Below, in pieces: positions 12,427-25,296 of a DNA stretch of 57,317 nt (its first letter is position 1; every line of letters begins with the position of its first letter). The position numbers and the translations under genes are program-made. The notes below the pieces were generated by a model. The model had not been told where the DNA came from, searched no databases, and saw only the letters and a list, made by a program, of their open reading frames with translations. The stretch spans positions 136,430,250 to 136,487,566 of the forward strand of contig NC_068981.1 in NCBI RefSeq assembly GCF_001194135.2. Reading direction: 5' to 3'. This stretch comes from Octopus bimaculoides. Taxonomy: Eukaryota.

Positions 12427-13429
12427 GTAAATTTTGTTTACTCATCTGTTTCGCTTTCCATTTTATCCATGAGGGTGCGGAGTGGACATACACACACATG
12501 GTTATGTGGTTAAGAAGTTTAATTTGCAACCACATGGTTTTGGGTACTTTCTATATTCTCAGGCTGACAAATGCTTTGTGAGAACAGAAACTGCTGAAAG
12601 CCTTTGTGTACACGTGTGTGTGTGTGTATGCGTGTGTGCATTTCTGTATATGTGCTTCTCTGAAAATTTCTGAACTAAGAATGGTGATGTTGTCATTTCC
12701 TGTTAACAAATAGTCAGCTGGTCTTGTGTCTTCAAAGACATGTTAAATAAGAAAGCGTTCTTTCTTACTTGAAAAAGGCAAGTGAGGATTATTCACAGGA
12801 AGGGCTTTATTCATCTAACTCATGCTTGTATGGAAAACCGACAAAAACAAATATATCAAGTAGGCAGGTCATCATCATTTAACATCTGTTTCTCACGCTG
12901 GCATGAGTTGGATAGTTTGACAGGAGTTGGCCAGCCAGAGAGCTTCCTTGGCTCCAGTGTCTTTTGGCATAGTTTTCTACAGTTGGATGCCCTTCCCAAT
13001 GCCAACCACTTCCAGGAGTGTACTGGGTGCTTTTTTATGTGGCACTGGCATGGAGGTAGATATATGTATAGATATCTTTCATTGATGTATATCAGTGAAG
13101 GATATAAACACTGGAGAGAAAACATAAAAATGTTTGCTTTCAAGTAAGCAAATTTCCTTGTGATATTTTTCTGCACCAAGTTAGTTACTTCTTTGTTACA
13201 TTCACTCACAAGTATTGAACTAGTGATTGACTTATTTGGACACAGCCAACAACACAATGGTTCACCAACCGCTAAATAAAATAACAAAAAACCCACAATA
13301 TTTCTTCTGTTGTATTTCCTTGGCCATTAACTGGTCTAATTTTGTCCTGTAGTTCACACACATTCATTCTCACACTGCAATAGCATAGTTTTTTATTATT
13401 ATTTCATACTATTAGCTACTTTCTTTTTC

Positions 13430-13860
13430 ACTCAGAGGCAAAGTTGCCAAGTTCCTATCGAGTGTTGGGCTTGAAGGAGGCAAAGTGGCTGAGTTCCTTT
13501 CAAGTGTTGGGCTTCACAGAGCAAAGTTGCAGAGTTCCTTTTGAGTGTTGGGCCTCACAGAGGCAATGACCAAGGCCTTTAGCATTATGTCCTGCTTGAG
13601 TAGAAGACCCATCAAGCCGAGCAAAGTCTCAGCCATGGCAGATAGCGGTATCATGAAAATTGGCACCCATGCGGTGACACATAAAGGCACCCATTACACT
13701 CTAGGAGTGGTTGGCATTAGGAAGGGCATCCAGCTGTAGAAAGCTGTGCCAAATCAGACTGGAGCCTGGTGCAACCTTCCAGCGTGTCAGCCCAGTTAAA
13801 CCATCCAGCCCATGCCAGTATGGACAACAGACGTTAAATGATGATAATGATGTTGATGGT
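13430..13860 (+). mobile_element. 5'-truncated RTE LINE 3' end, preceded by three ~41-bp tandem units
   Basis: LGLTEAMT matches the RTE C-terminus at 39833-40148; tail cagacgttaaatgatgataatgatg. Confidence 0.75.
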
Positions 13861-14404
13861 AATCTCGGACAATAGTGATCTACTTCTTTCATGATAGTAT
13901 TGCTATCCACTCACATCACCACCACTACTACTATTATTCTCTTACTCTCTCCTCACTTGGGTTATGATGTGATAGTCTCTCTCTATCAAAACAGAGATAG
14001 AGAGAAAAATACCAAACAGATTATTGTCATTCATGGAGAGAGAGAGACCGTGATTATTTTGCTTCGTATTTTATTACATTCAGTGCAAAACCAATTCTGT
14101 TTTTTGTTACATGTTTGTCAATAAATGAGAATTGGTTTTTCAGGCAGAGAATATCTATCACCACAAAAGTTTCTAATTTTCCTCCTTGACCAGCCAAGCA
14201 GCTGTTTATTATTCAAGATGTTATTTCCTGTTGTTTAAATCCCCTTCCCTACCCCACCAGGTTAAACCTGATTGAGCAGGTCTATGATCAAAGGAGTTTC
14301 AGCTATAACCATCCCATTCTATACCTACCATTCCCCCTTTCATTCTAAGTACCAACCTAAGAACAGGAGAATGGCAATTGACAGTAATGACATACTGCTT
14401 TCCT

Positions 14405-14842
14405 AAAGAAATATTCTTTTCTACTCTAGGCACAAGGCCCAAAATTTTTGGAGAGGGGGCCAGTCAATTAGATCAACCGCAGTACGCAACTGGTACTTAA
14501 TTTATCGACCCCGAAAGGATGAAAGGCAAAGTTAACCCTGGCGGAATTTGAAAGATGAAATACCGCTAAGTATTTTGCCCGGCGTGCTAACGTTTTTAAA
14601 ATATTCTTTTCTACTCTAGGTACAAGGCCCGAAATATTGCTTTGTTCCAAAATAAGAAATTATTATTAGTAGGCGCAGGAGTGACTGTGTGGTAAGTAGC
14701 TTGCTTACAAACCACATGGTTCCAGGTTCAGTCCCATTGCGTGGCACCTTAGGCAATTGTCTTCTGCTATAGCCTCGGGCCGACCAAAGCCTTGTGAGTG
14801 GATTTGGTAGACGGAAACTGAAAGAAGCCCATCGTATATATG

Positions 14843-14873
<31 letters not shown>

Positions 14874-15290
14874 TTGTGTGTCTGTCTTTACGTCCCCCCA
14901 CCATCGCTTGACAACTGATGCTGGTGTGTTTACGTCCCCGTAACTTAGCAGTTCGGCAAAAAGAGACTGATAGAATAAGTACTAGGCTTCCAAAGAATAA
15001 GTCCTGGGGTCGATTTTCTCGAATAAAGGCAGTGCTCCAGCATGGCCGCAGTCAAATGACTGAAACAAGTAAGAGTAGTAAGGCAACGAGCTGGCAGTCA
15101 TTAGCATACCAGGAAAAATGCTTTGTGACATTTCATTCAATTTTATGTTCTGAGCTCAAATGCCACTGAGGTCAACCTTGCCTTTCGTCCTTTCAAGGTC
15201 GATTAAAATAAGTACCAGTTGTGTGCTGGGTTAATGTAATCAACTTACTCCCTCCCCTAAACTTGCTGGCCTTGTGCCAAAACTTGAAAT
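14405..15290. mobile_element. SINE cluster: family B (-) 14405-14600, family A (+) 14670-15075, family B (+) 15077-15290
   Basis: family B (ggcgagctggcagaa head, gactttgcctttcatcc core) in both orientations around a near-intact family A copy. Confidence 0.85.
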
Positions 15291-15390
15291 GAATGTTAAT
15301 AAAACTTACATTCACAATCCTTTTGCTCTCTTTCAAAAAAAGTAAATACCTTATTGTTTTGTCTCTTCTCACTCTTTTTTTTTTTATTAG

Positions 15391-15480
15391 GCTGCTTATT
15401 ACATTGGTCAGGGATATCGTGTTGTATTGTGTCTTCAGATGATTCCAGAAGAAACAAGCACCCTTTTCCAAGGAGAGAAG
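15391..15480 (+). CDS. raw: raw-like gene, internal exon (AAYYIGQGYRVVLCLQMIPEETSTLFQGEK)
   Basis: ttttattag| acceptor, AAG|gtaagt donor, 90 nt, phase 0-0; AAxYIG...VVLCxQ is Raw-like. Confidence 0.9.
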
Positions 15481-15523
15481 GTAAGTAATCCAAACGTATA
15501 CCATTTCCTAAATTTAACTTCTT

Positions 15524-15743
15524 TTAACCCAGATTAACCCTGTCGAAATTTTGTAGATAGTTATATAAAGAGGGATAACAAACATACAGAAACGTCCAGT
15601 TTACCTTTATTGCAGTAAATAAACTAAAAATATGGGTAAATAAATATAGCAAGCACTATTTTGCGTCCAGTTAGCCTTTATTGCAGTAAACAAAACCAAA
15701 TACAACTGTCTGCAAACGAGGACAGTGGGTTAAAATGGGTTAA
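15524..15743. mobile_element. TTAA-flanked MITE with doubled TTAACCC termini
   Basis: ttaacccagattaaccctgtc ... gacagtgggttaaaatgggttaa; internal direct repeat gtccagtt..cctttattgcagtaaa twice. Confidence 0.7.
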
Positions 15744-16042
15744 GGATATTCATTTGCAATAAGTATTTATTTTGGATGGTCTCCCTCCATCCCCTGTCCT
15801 TCCCTCCCTCTCTCGCTCCACCTCTCCCTAAAGTATACAAAAATAAACATTACTTTCCATCTTACACTGTTTTGTTTCATCTTGAAAAAAAAAAAATNNN
15901 NNNNNNNNNNNNNNNNNNNNNNNNNNNNNNNNNNNNNNNNNNNNNNNNNNNNNNNNNNNNNNNNNNNNNNNNNNNNNNNNNNNNNNNNNNNNNNNNNNNN
16001 NNNNNNNNNNNNNNNNNNNNNNNNNNNNNNNNNNNNNNNNNN

Positions 16043-16075
<33 letters not shown>

Positions 16076-16689
16076 TATATATATATAATGAATTACATCA
16101 ATATGGAGGCACCAAAATCTTAAGTGATTAGGGCCTCTATGCGTCTTAATCCGGCCCTTGGTCACATGATATATGGTACTCAGTGTCCATCAACCTCAGT
16201 AGCAACATGTCTCTACATTTATATACCAATATCTGTACTTTTTATTTCTTCTTGTGACAAAGAAGTTTGAGTTAATATTCTGTGGTTTGATAAATAACAC
16301 TTGTTTACTAATTCTTTGGTGTGTTTGTGGAAACTTTGAAACTAAATTTATACTTGTAAATGTAGAATGTGGGGGGGGGGGACATTTGTACATCTTATCT
16401 ATTTCCCCTGTTTGGTTTTTACTTTGAATAATTATCTTTCTATACAACGAGAACGTTAACAACACTATCAGTAGTAGTAGTAATAGTAGTAGTAGTAGTA
16501 GTAATGGTGGGCGTATAATTTTCTTAATATCCCTTTCTGTATTAAATAAATAAAAAGTATTTTGGTTGGTCTCCCTCCGTCCGCCTGTCCTTCCTTTCCT
16601 CTCTCTCGCTCCACCTCTCCCTAAAGTATACAAAAATAAATATTACTTTCCATCTCACTCTGTTTTTTCTTTCCTATGTTTCTATTCAG

Positions 16690-16863
16690 ATTGATGAGCA
16701 AGCATTACAAGACTACAATCGGGGCCGGTCCTACCTCCGTGATATTGCCGAGCGGGAGAACGTTGCTGTGTTTAGTGACATTAAGGAAGCGGTGTTGCAC
16801 GCTGTTCAAATCATCAAACCGTCTCCGCCAACTCTCGTCATGACTGAGAAGGTTACCATCTAA
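16690..16863 (+). CDS. raw: raw-like gene, terminal coding exon (IDEQALQDYNRGRSYLRDIAERENVAVFSDIKEAVLHAVQIIKPSPPTLVMTEKVTI*)
   Basis: ctattcag| acceptor, 174 nt to TAA; DYNRGRSYL is the Raw-family C-terminal motif as I recall it. Confidence 0.9.
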   Translation: MDEQALQDYNRGRSYLRDIAERENVAVFSDIKEAVLHAVQIIKPSPPTLVMTEKVTI

Positions 16864-17026
16864 GGGAGACAACTCCCAAACACTTGCTCATTTCGTTCAC
16901 CTACATACCCTACCACACTCTTCCCTGCTCACTCACTCGTTCGCATAACACACTCGTTCACACTTTCATTCAATCCCCATTCCATTGAAAGAAAAAGAAA
17001 TTTTTAAAAACTTATACATACCTAAA

Positions 17027-17032
17027 AATAAA
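17027..17032 (+). promoter_or_regulatory. candidate proximal poly(A) signal of the raw-like gene
   Basis: AATAAA about 165 nt after the stop, with T/GT-rich sequence downstream; the hexamer is common by chance in AT-rich DNA. Confidence 0.3.
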
Positions 17033-17687
17033 AGAAACAAAAATTACAAATGAAAGTAAATAGAAATTTTGACTGGCGTTCTGCTGTTAGTTGATGTATT
17101 CAATAAGAACGTGCTGTGTTTTTTCCTGTCTGCCTCTTATTTTAATCATTGGTGCAATGTGTATATACACATATATACTCCATGTCATTTGTGCTAATGT
17201 TATTTATTTTTTTCCATCTCATTGGACATTTTAGAAGTGAATTATGAATGATTTTAATGGTGATTTTCCCCCTTTTTTTTTTCTTTAAATTATATTTCCT
17301 TGATTGAAAAATTTTTTTTTTTACATGAACTTAAAGAAACATATTTTGATGGAAAACATTAATGTAATCATTATTTGCTGTCTATTTNNNNNNNNNNNNN
17401 NNNNNNNNNNNNNNNNNNNNNNNNNNNNNNNNNNNNNNNNNNNNNNNNNNNNNNNNNNNNNNNNNNNNNNNNNNNNNNNNNNNNNNNNNNNNNNNNNNNN
17501 NNNNNNNNNNNNNNNNNNNNNNNNNNNNNNNNNNNNNNNNNNNNNNNNNNNNNNNNNNNNNNNNNNNNNNNNNNNNNNNNNNNNNNNNNNNNNNNNNNNN
17601 NNNNNNNNNNNNNNNNNNNNNNNNNNNNNNNNNNNNNNNNNNNNNNNNNNNNNNNNNNNNNNNNNNNNNNNNNNNNNNNNNNNNNNN

Positions 17688-17720
<33 letters not shown>

Positions 17721-17787
17721 TATGTGACAGTGAATTTTCATCGATGAGTTCATGAACCTTGGTTCTTTTCCCTAAAACTATATATTC

Positions 17788-17822
<35 letters not shown>

Positions 17823-20800
17823 AATACAAATAACTGGCAGGCAGATATAGTTTATAGCTAGTGGAAGTTAAAATCCATAACGATCCTAGTAATTATCAGC
17901 TCACTCAGCACCTATCAGCATTAGGTGTTTTACATTCTCTAATTAACCTACATTAATCAGCAAATTGTAAATGAAGGGTAACTGCTAATTAGTAATTTGT
18001 AGGTGTTAGATTTTGAAGTTTTTATTGCTGACTCACTCTTATAAATTTTCAACAATTTTGTGTCAGTTTCCATGCTTTTTCTCTAATCACATAACCTCTG
18101 CATGTCATTGTATGCATGTAGTGACTCAGAAGGAGAAAAAAAATGAGCAGATTTCATAAAACATTTGAAGTAAAATTTTTATTTAAAAAAAAACAAAAAA
18201 ACGTTGCTTTAGCAACTGTTTTAAACTTTCACTTCCCATCTCAACAAAACCATTATAATAGTCTCTGTTAAGTTAATTTAAATTTTAAAATAATTGTGCC
18301 CATCCTGTTGGTTTCATTTCTGAATGCTTAATGTGTATATACCTAACCTTTTAGAGTATTCAGTTATTAAAGACAGCAAAGAAGTTCAACCATATCAGTT
18401 TTCAAGGAAACAAATTTAAGTTTTACTCACTGGTATCCGATTTAAATGCATAGAAGTAAAACTTAACTAAAATAAGTTGACAAAAAAGAAAAAGAAAAGC
18501 TGTATATAATTTATTCCTCATTAATTTTTTTTTTTTCTTTTTTCTGTACAGCACTGAATTGAGATTCTAAGAAAATTTTAATTGTTCCCAGTTGATAGAA
18601 ATCCTTTCTTTTTTTTCTTTAATTCAATATACCTCACTTCACTGTTTCAATTTCATTTTGAAATAATCATTTCTGTTCCTGATTAATATTAACACTTTTT
18701 TCATTTATTATATTTTGTGTTGCTATAAACTCCTCAAACCAACTCTGCATAAACTGTAAGCAAATCTATAAAGTTTTTTTTTTTGTTTTAACTTTTCTGT
18801 CTTTTTTTTTTTTTTGGTGTGCATAAGTTTCCTTGATGTCTAAAATTTAAAACTTACCATATTTTGTAAGTTAGTGACTATTAAGTTGATATTTTTCAAC
18901 CATTGTACTTTAAAAATCCTTAATAAAACCAAGGATTCATGTCTTACCTTATCTCTTCCAGAGAATATACTAAATAGTACACAATGTCTATTAAATTAAT
19001 GTGCTTTATATAACAGACTGACTGGAATATGATTTATGCTGGCATTGAATTGGACGATTTCTCTGAGATGTTTTCTAGCTGGATGCCCTTCCTGCCACTC
19101 AAAAGGTTGGCAACAGGAGGGGCATCTAGCTGTACACATTGCCTTGGTAAAAGCAGCATCCGATCCATGCCAAAATGAAAAAGCAGATGCAAAATAATGA
19201 AGATTGCAAGCATGACTGAAGTTTTATTATATTAAAGTATTTTAGACATGGAAAGCACATGTATACTTGTAATTAATTACCTAAATCATTGTTAATTGCT
19301 AGTTACCAAAGAGAAACTTAATTATTGTACTGATAAACTGTTACATTCATTATTTCCCAAAACAACTTTTTAGATCCTTCCACTTAGTGTTTTGTTTATC
19401 CAGTTGATATTTTCATTAGCATCATTACTGACATTGGTCTTAATTTAGACAATTAATTGGCTGAATCTTGTTTTATCTTTGGAAATCTAGCAAAGCCATT
19501 ACATACTTGAGACATTCATAAAAAGTTAATAAAAATGTTGGCAATCTTTGAGTTTAACACATCACTTTTAATGTTGTCAAACAAAATGAAGTATTCAGAG
19601 AGGATTCTGATTTAAATGTGGGGAAAAAGTTAATGCTACATGTACCTTTCAAATATGTTAGTAGAATATTTTGTTGGGTAATATCTATATTCTTTATATA
19701 TTTTGAAGTTGTATTACTTAGAATATTCTTTTAGTGGTTTGTTGTAGGTCTGCAGCCATACTGGAGTGCCGCCTTAATTTATTTTCTTTGTTTTGTTGTC
19801 GCTCTATGGCTGGGAGTTGGTCTATGATTTTGCAGTGGCTGATCTTCCGAGTGGATTCTTGAATGATTGGCTAGCCCAGTATCGTCATTAGCTTATCCAT
19901 TGCTATATACGCACACACACATGTAATGTGCATGTCTGTGTATTTCAATATCTGGGCTGATCTTATTTCATGTCTCTTTGTATTAACTTTTCTACATATG
20001 TTTGACAAAAATGAAATTGATGTGTTAAACTCTAAGATCACCAAAGCATCTTAAATTATTGTTTTTTTAATCTTTGAATTAATTTCTTTAATATTACTGT
20101 CTTTTAGTATTTAATTTACAAATGTATGCCTTTGAAACTTAATTAATCATAATACTATTTTCATAGTTTTTTATAATAATGTAATTCTTGTCCAATGGAA
20201 TTTACTTTGCATTCTTGGCAACTAGTAAAATTGCTTTATTGCAGCTTATTTATACAATACAATGTGATGAATTACATCACCTTTTGGTATCAGGAATGTC
20301 TTTTCCGCATTCAGACAGGTTAAGTTTTTCATTTCTCCAGAATTAATATCAACAATATATCAAGGTTGAGCCAATTTCTTTCACTTGAGGTAAAAGAAAT
20401 CATTGGATAGAAAACTATTTTTGGGCCTTTTTTTTTTATTTCACTCCCCTTTATTCTTGAAGCATGTCAGTCCATCAAATGAAGTCAGCTTTGATCAATC
20501 TGTCCTGTTCTTATTATAAACACAATTAGCTTCTTCTCATAACACTGCCAAATTTTAGGTTTAATGCTAGTTTTTGTTGTTTATTCCTTTGATAACTTAG
20601 GGAAACTTTAAATTATTTTGGGGCAGCAGGTATATTTGTTGATAGAAGTCTTAGTGGAAATATATATTTTAAAATAACAAATATAAAAGTAAACAAAATA
20701 ATCTTTCAACTGCTTTAAGCCTTTTGATGAGCCGAATCTGCAATTAAGCTTTCAGTTCTTCGTTGAAGACATTTTATTTGATTTTTGCTGCTAAATGTCT

Positions 20801-23075
20801 TTGACAATCACCAAAACATCATTTCCCCCCCCATTTATCATAATCTCAAGTGTTGTGCTAATACATAAAAAAAAAAAAAATATCCACAGCATGTGTGTTT
20901 CCATGTTTGAATATAATGAAGCAATATGTTCTACATGATTTTTTAAATAAATGTCCTCTATTTTCCAAAGTTTGTTCCTTTCTCAACATTTCATAAAACC
21001 TATCCTTATGACATCAGTAACTATATATTATTATTATATCAGTACATTGAGTAATGTGGTACTCTTTGGTAACTTTGTGATTACTTTTCTCTATATGTTC
21101 ACAGCTCAATTTTCATCATTGCCCTCTATTATCTTCCTCCCTATGTGCAAAGATTTTTTTTTTCTATGGGTGAATGAAAAATATTTTTAACAGTAACAAA
21201 ATGAACCAACAAAGGATTCCTTGGTGTTACTCAAACTGCTAGAAACAGCAGCCAAATCTCCTTTAAGTTTTCATTTTCCTTATGAAATTAGTTACTTTTT
21301 ATCCTAACAAATCATCTTTAATTGAAAATGATTTTTTTTCTTGTATCATATTGCATCTCCTCAATTTTTTTTTTCTATTCCTAAAACCCAAACATGCAAA
21401 ACTGTAATATTATTCCTGATATTAAATCTAGTAAATATATAAATAAAAATGTTAGTTAAAATATATAACTATTCTTTTTCATATTGTTATTAGTAAGGAG
21501 ATTGGTGACTGAAACACAAATACCAGTCTAAGTGCCTGGTGGTGTTCACTTCTGTTCCTTTATGTTGTAAGCTCAATCCTGCTTGGATTTACTTTGCTGT
21601 TCATTCTGCTGGGGGGTCTAAAAAAAAATTAGTACGGGGGAACATAATTATTATTCAATTAACTGTACCCCTTCCCTACAAATTTGTGGCCATGTACCAA
21701 ATTTTGAAATTATTATTATTATTATTATAGGCCGTTATTAGTGCAAAAACTATTTTCATTTATTTTCTGTATAAATGATTAACAAAATAAGCTAAAAGAA
21801 AAACAAAACAAAACCATAAACTGTTTGACATGTCTTAATGTAGTTTACTGAAGCTGGCATGTTTCACTGGAAGGCTTCAAGTTAACTATTTATTTCATTA
21901 TATAAAATATTGGAAAAATGTTTTTCAAATTATGAGCTTGCTCTATATATTTTTGTACAAAAAAAAAAAATTAAAAATTAAATTGGTATGTGTGTATACA
22001 TGTCTTATATATATTAGATTTGTTCAGCTGTTTCAGCTAAATGTTTAAATAACCTTCAATGTATTTGATGATTGTTGTTGATGCCATAGTAGAATTAAGT
22101 TTCGGAGATTTTTTTTTTTTTTTGTCTGTATGTATATCTTTTTTGTTTGTTGTTTAATGGCTTAGTCAGAGGAGGAAGGGCATTGCCCATGACCTCTGTT
22201 AAAGAATCTATAAGACTGGTAGGAGGAAATAATCCTCAAACTGGAGACCTGGCCCAAATGCATGTAACAAAGTGGTCTCCACTAAATGTATCCATGTGGT
22301 GATGGTAATGAGTGTGGATTTAAGTCTAGCATCAAAGCAGAATGGAACAGTTCCTCTACTGAGCTTCTGTACAATTTTCACCTACCAAATTACATTCACA
22401 GGACATTGAACCTGAGACTGATGTAGAAGTACCTTGCCTGTGATACCATTCGGTGGGGTCAAACACAAAACCACTCGGTTGCAAAGCAAACTTCCTAACC
22501 ATTTGATCATACCCATTTATAAAATCTGGATTTGATGTATCATTAGTTATACATTGTGATGATTTCATATTTATCATTGGTTGTATTATAGAGTGACTGC
22601 TGTACCTGATCAATCTAGGTATCTAGATTTTTACAGATTATCTGTGAACCATTGCTTAAGGATAAATTTGTGTGTGTTTGTGTATGGTCAATGACTTTTG
22701 TCTTGTTTTATTTATACTGGTGTATAGACTAATAACTATCATATTTCAACTGTCTGTAACTCCATTATTTTTTAGTAGGTTTTTCCCCTTCTTCACCCTC
22801 AATAGAAACATAAGGTTTTAAAACTGAACAGTGATGCACTGTTTCTTTGTACAGCTTTAACTGGATGCAATTCACAATGCCAAGCCAGGAATCTCCTGTA
22901 GGTCCTCAATTTCATGTTGTCTTTGCCATTGACATCAATGCAGCTGAGTGGTCTTCATTCTCATCTCTAAGATATAACAGCCTGTTGTTCAGCATGAGAG
23001 CAGTGGACAGCAATACACCAATAATAGAAATGTGGTGAAATGTGTCCATAGATCTCCTCTTTGGTTTGGTGCTTC

Positions 23076-23612
23076 GGGTCTTTTTTAAAACGGGGGCCAC
23101 ATTTTTCATTAATGTTTTACGTAGTGTTTTTGGTACCGAAAGACTTTCAAACTTCGTATACTTATCTATTTTGTGTTATAGAACAGAAAAATATTTTTGT
23201 ATTCAAATTTATTTCATGTAAAAAATTGTCTTATTTCGATAATTTCAACCAATCACTGACGTCCATTCAGCCGATATACATTAAGTGCCGACTACATAAA
23301 CAAACGATTCTTCGTTTTATTTGCTTTTTTCATTTTAAATTTGCTTTAACCCTAACCTTAGGGTTAGGGTTAATTGTTTCAGAATCGTTTGTTTATGTAG
23401 TCGGCACTTAATGTATATCAGCTGAATGGACGTCAGTGATTGGTTAAAATTACAGAAATACAACAACTTTAACATGGAATAATTTATAGATTTCTTTTTT
23501 TTCTTAAGAAGACTAAGAGAAAAATATGTTTTATATGACACATTCTACCAGTGTTCCAAGTTTCAAAGTGTTTCGTTAATGAAAAATGTGGCCCCCGTTT
23601 TAAAAAAGATCC
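23076..23612. mobile_element. Merlin-like MITE, copy 1
   Basis: TIR GG(G/A)TCTTTTTTAAAACGGGGGCCACATTTTTCATTAA; 8-bp TSD ggtgcttc/gatgcttc; 5'-GG termini with an 8-bp TSD fit Merlin/IS1016. Confidence 0.85.
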
Positions 23613-25076
23613 GATGCTTCTACCATGAGAGGCTTTGAACATTCATAAAAAAAATCTGATGTATTTTCTATCAAGGTGATCTTGAATGAAAATCTGTCTT
23701 CATGGTCTAGGTTCCCACTATTGAGAAGAATGCTCTCTTCATATGCTTTGAAGATGGCCAGCCTTGTTGACATTGAAAAACATTTCAGTCAAAAAAGTAC
23801 TGTTCCAGTGTAACTTACTGATCCATTATCTCTAGATAAAGTTAACACACATTGAAAATGTTTCAGACAATTTGTAAACGGCCAGTTCAGTTGACATTCC
23901 CTACTCTCCTATACACATGAAAAAAAAAAAAACATTTTTATTTATTTATCTTTTTTTTATACATTATTTGTTATATTTTGTTGCTTTTTCTTTTTTTTTT
24001 TGTTCGTTTCCATATTTCTTTTCATATCATAATTGTAAATGTTTTTTTTTTAACAAGAGGATGAAGAGAAAGACAGCAATTACTCAGTTTGCTCACTTAT
24101 AAAACTCTGATGTTGCTTCTCCAGATATAATCCTCTGTTCATCATTATTTACTCAATAAGAACTTGTTTTTAAGCTAAAACAAAATGGAAACCCTCAATC
24201 TTTCCATTATGCATTATTGGAGTTGTTTTGAGGTGTATCACAAGGACAAAAAAAAATAAGCTAATAAATAAATAGAAAACCTCTTCAGTTTTGTGGTACA
24301 CTTTGATCCCTCTGAGAAGACTTGCAGTTAGTCTGTTCATCTTGGATGTGTGATTATATCTACCATATTTTGAATCCCAATTGATCTCAGATGATTAAAT
24401 ATTTATTGATACAAAATGCTATTGCATCTTCAGACTTTACAAAAATGACAAAAACAAAAAAAACTTGAAAAAACCCCTCAAATTATTGAAAAGTAAAGAA
24501 GAGTATGAAAGAAACAAGGATTATCATGAATAATGTCTGAACAAACTGCAAATCTTATAGACTTATATTTTCTGAAGGCAGGAGTCCTGTTTTTTGCCAA
24601 TTCTATTCATTCAGCTCACCTACAAACTATTTTTACTTTTTTTTTCTTTTTGGTTATTTTTTTTTTTTTTTTTTTTGTTGATCTGAAGTTTTTTTTTAAA
24701 TTTTACTTTTGTTTAAATGTGGATATAACTAAAATTAAAACAAGATGTTGTGGTCAATAAGTTAACTGCAATAATTTTCTTGTAAATCTAATTAAATTCA
24801 TTGAAGTGTCTGTGAATTATGGCTTTAAATCATTACAACTCATCTACATTTGTCATCATCAATCAGAACCCCTCTACATGCAGAAAAAGTAAACAAAAAG
24901 ACAGAAACCCCTTGTAAATGTGAAAGCCATTTCATTATTTTTCAGCTTTTGAAAGTGTCAATAAAAATATTGGTAGCCATTTAAAGTGGCACTGATTAAT
25001 GTTAACCTTGGTTTGTGTGTGTGTTTGTTAAAAGTACAGAACAAAAATAATTCCTCAATATTTATACTTATAGAAA

Positions 25077-25296
25077 TATGATGTGCTGAAAAGTTCCTGG
25101 CTTTGGGTTAAAGAAAATATAAGAAAATGAGTTAATTATGATTTTTATCCAACATATTTCTCCTCTCATATTCACTTACTTATTGCAATGGTTCTTTAGT
25201 TTTTCTAAGCTCTGTAAAAGAACTCAGAAAGTTGGGTCTCCAACCAAACCTTTAGTGATACTCTTAAAGCCAGAAACTTTCCAGTACCCCATCGTA
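25077..25296. mobile_element. mariner-derived MITE
   Basis: ta..gctgaaaagttcctggcttt / aaagccagaaactttccagtaccccatcgta inverted ends with TA. Confidence 0.75.

Noticed and set aside
14670-14760. tRNA genes at SINE heads (A/B-box-like motifs)
   Set aside because: No full cloverleaf; each continues into a SINE core.
19509-19610. Minus-strand exon candidate with gtatgt donor
   Set aside because: Stops in all frames, and it matches a repeat also seen near 20020.
22160-22300. Short plus-strand frame with RLVGG, resembling an SRCR start
   Set aside because: Stops before any Cys pattern; no good splice sites.
22800-23050. Possible decayed transposase on the minus strand
   Set aside because: Cys/His-containing fragments with stops but no motif I can name; needs BLASTX.
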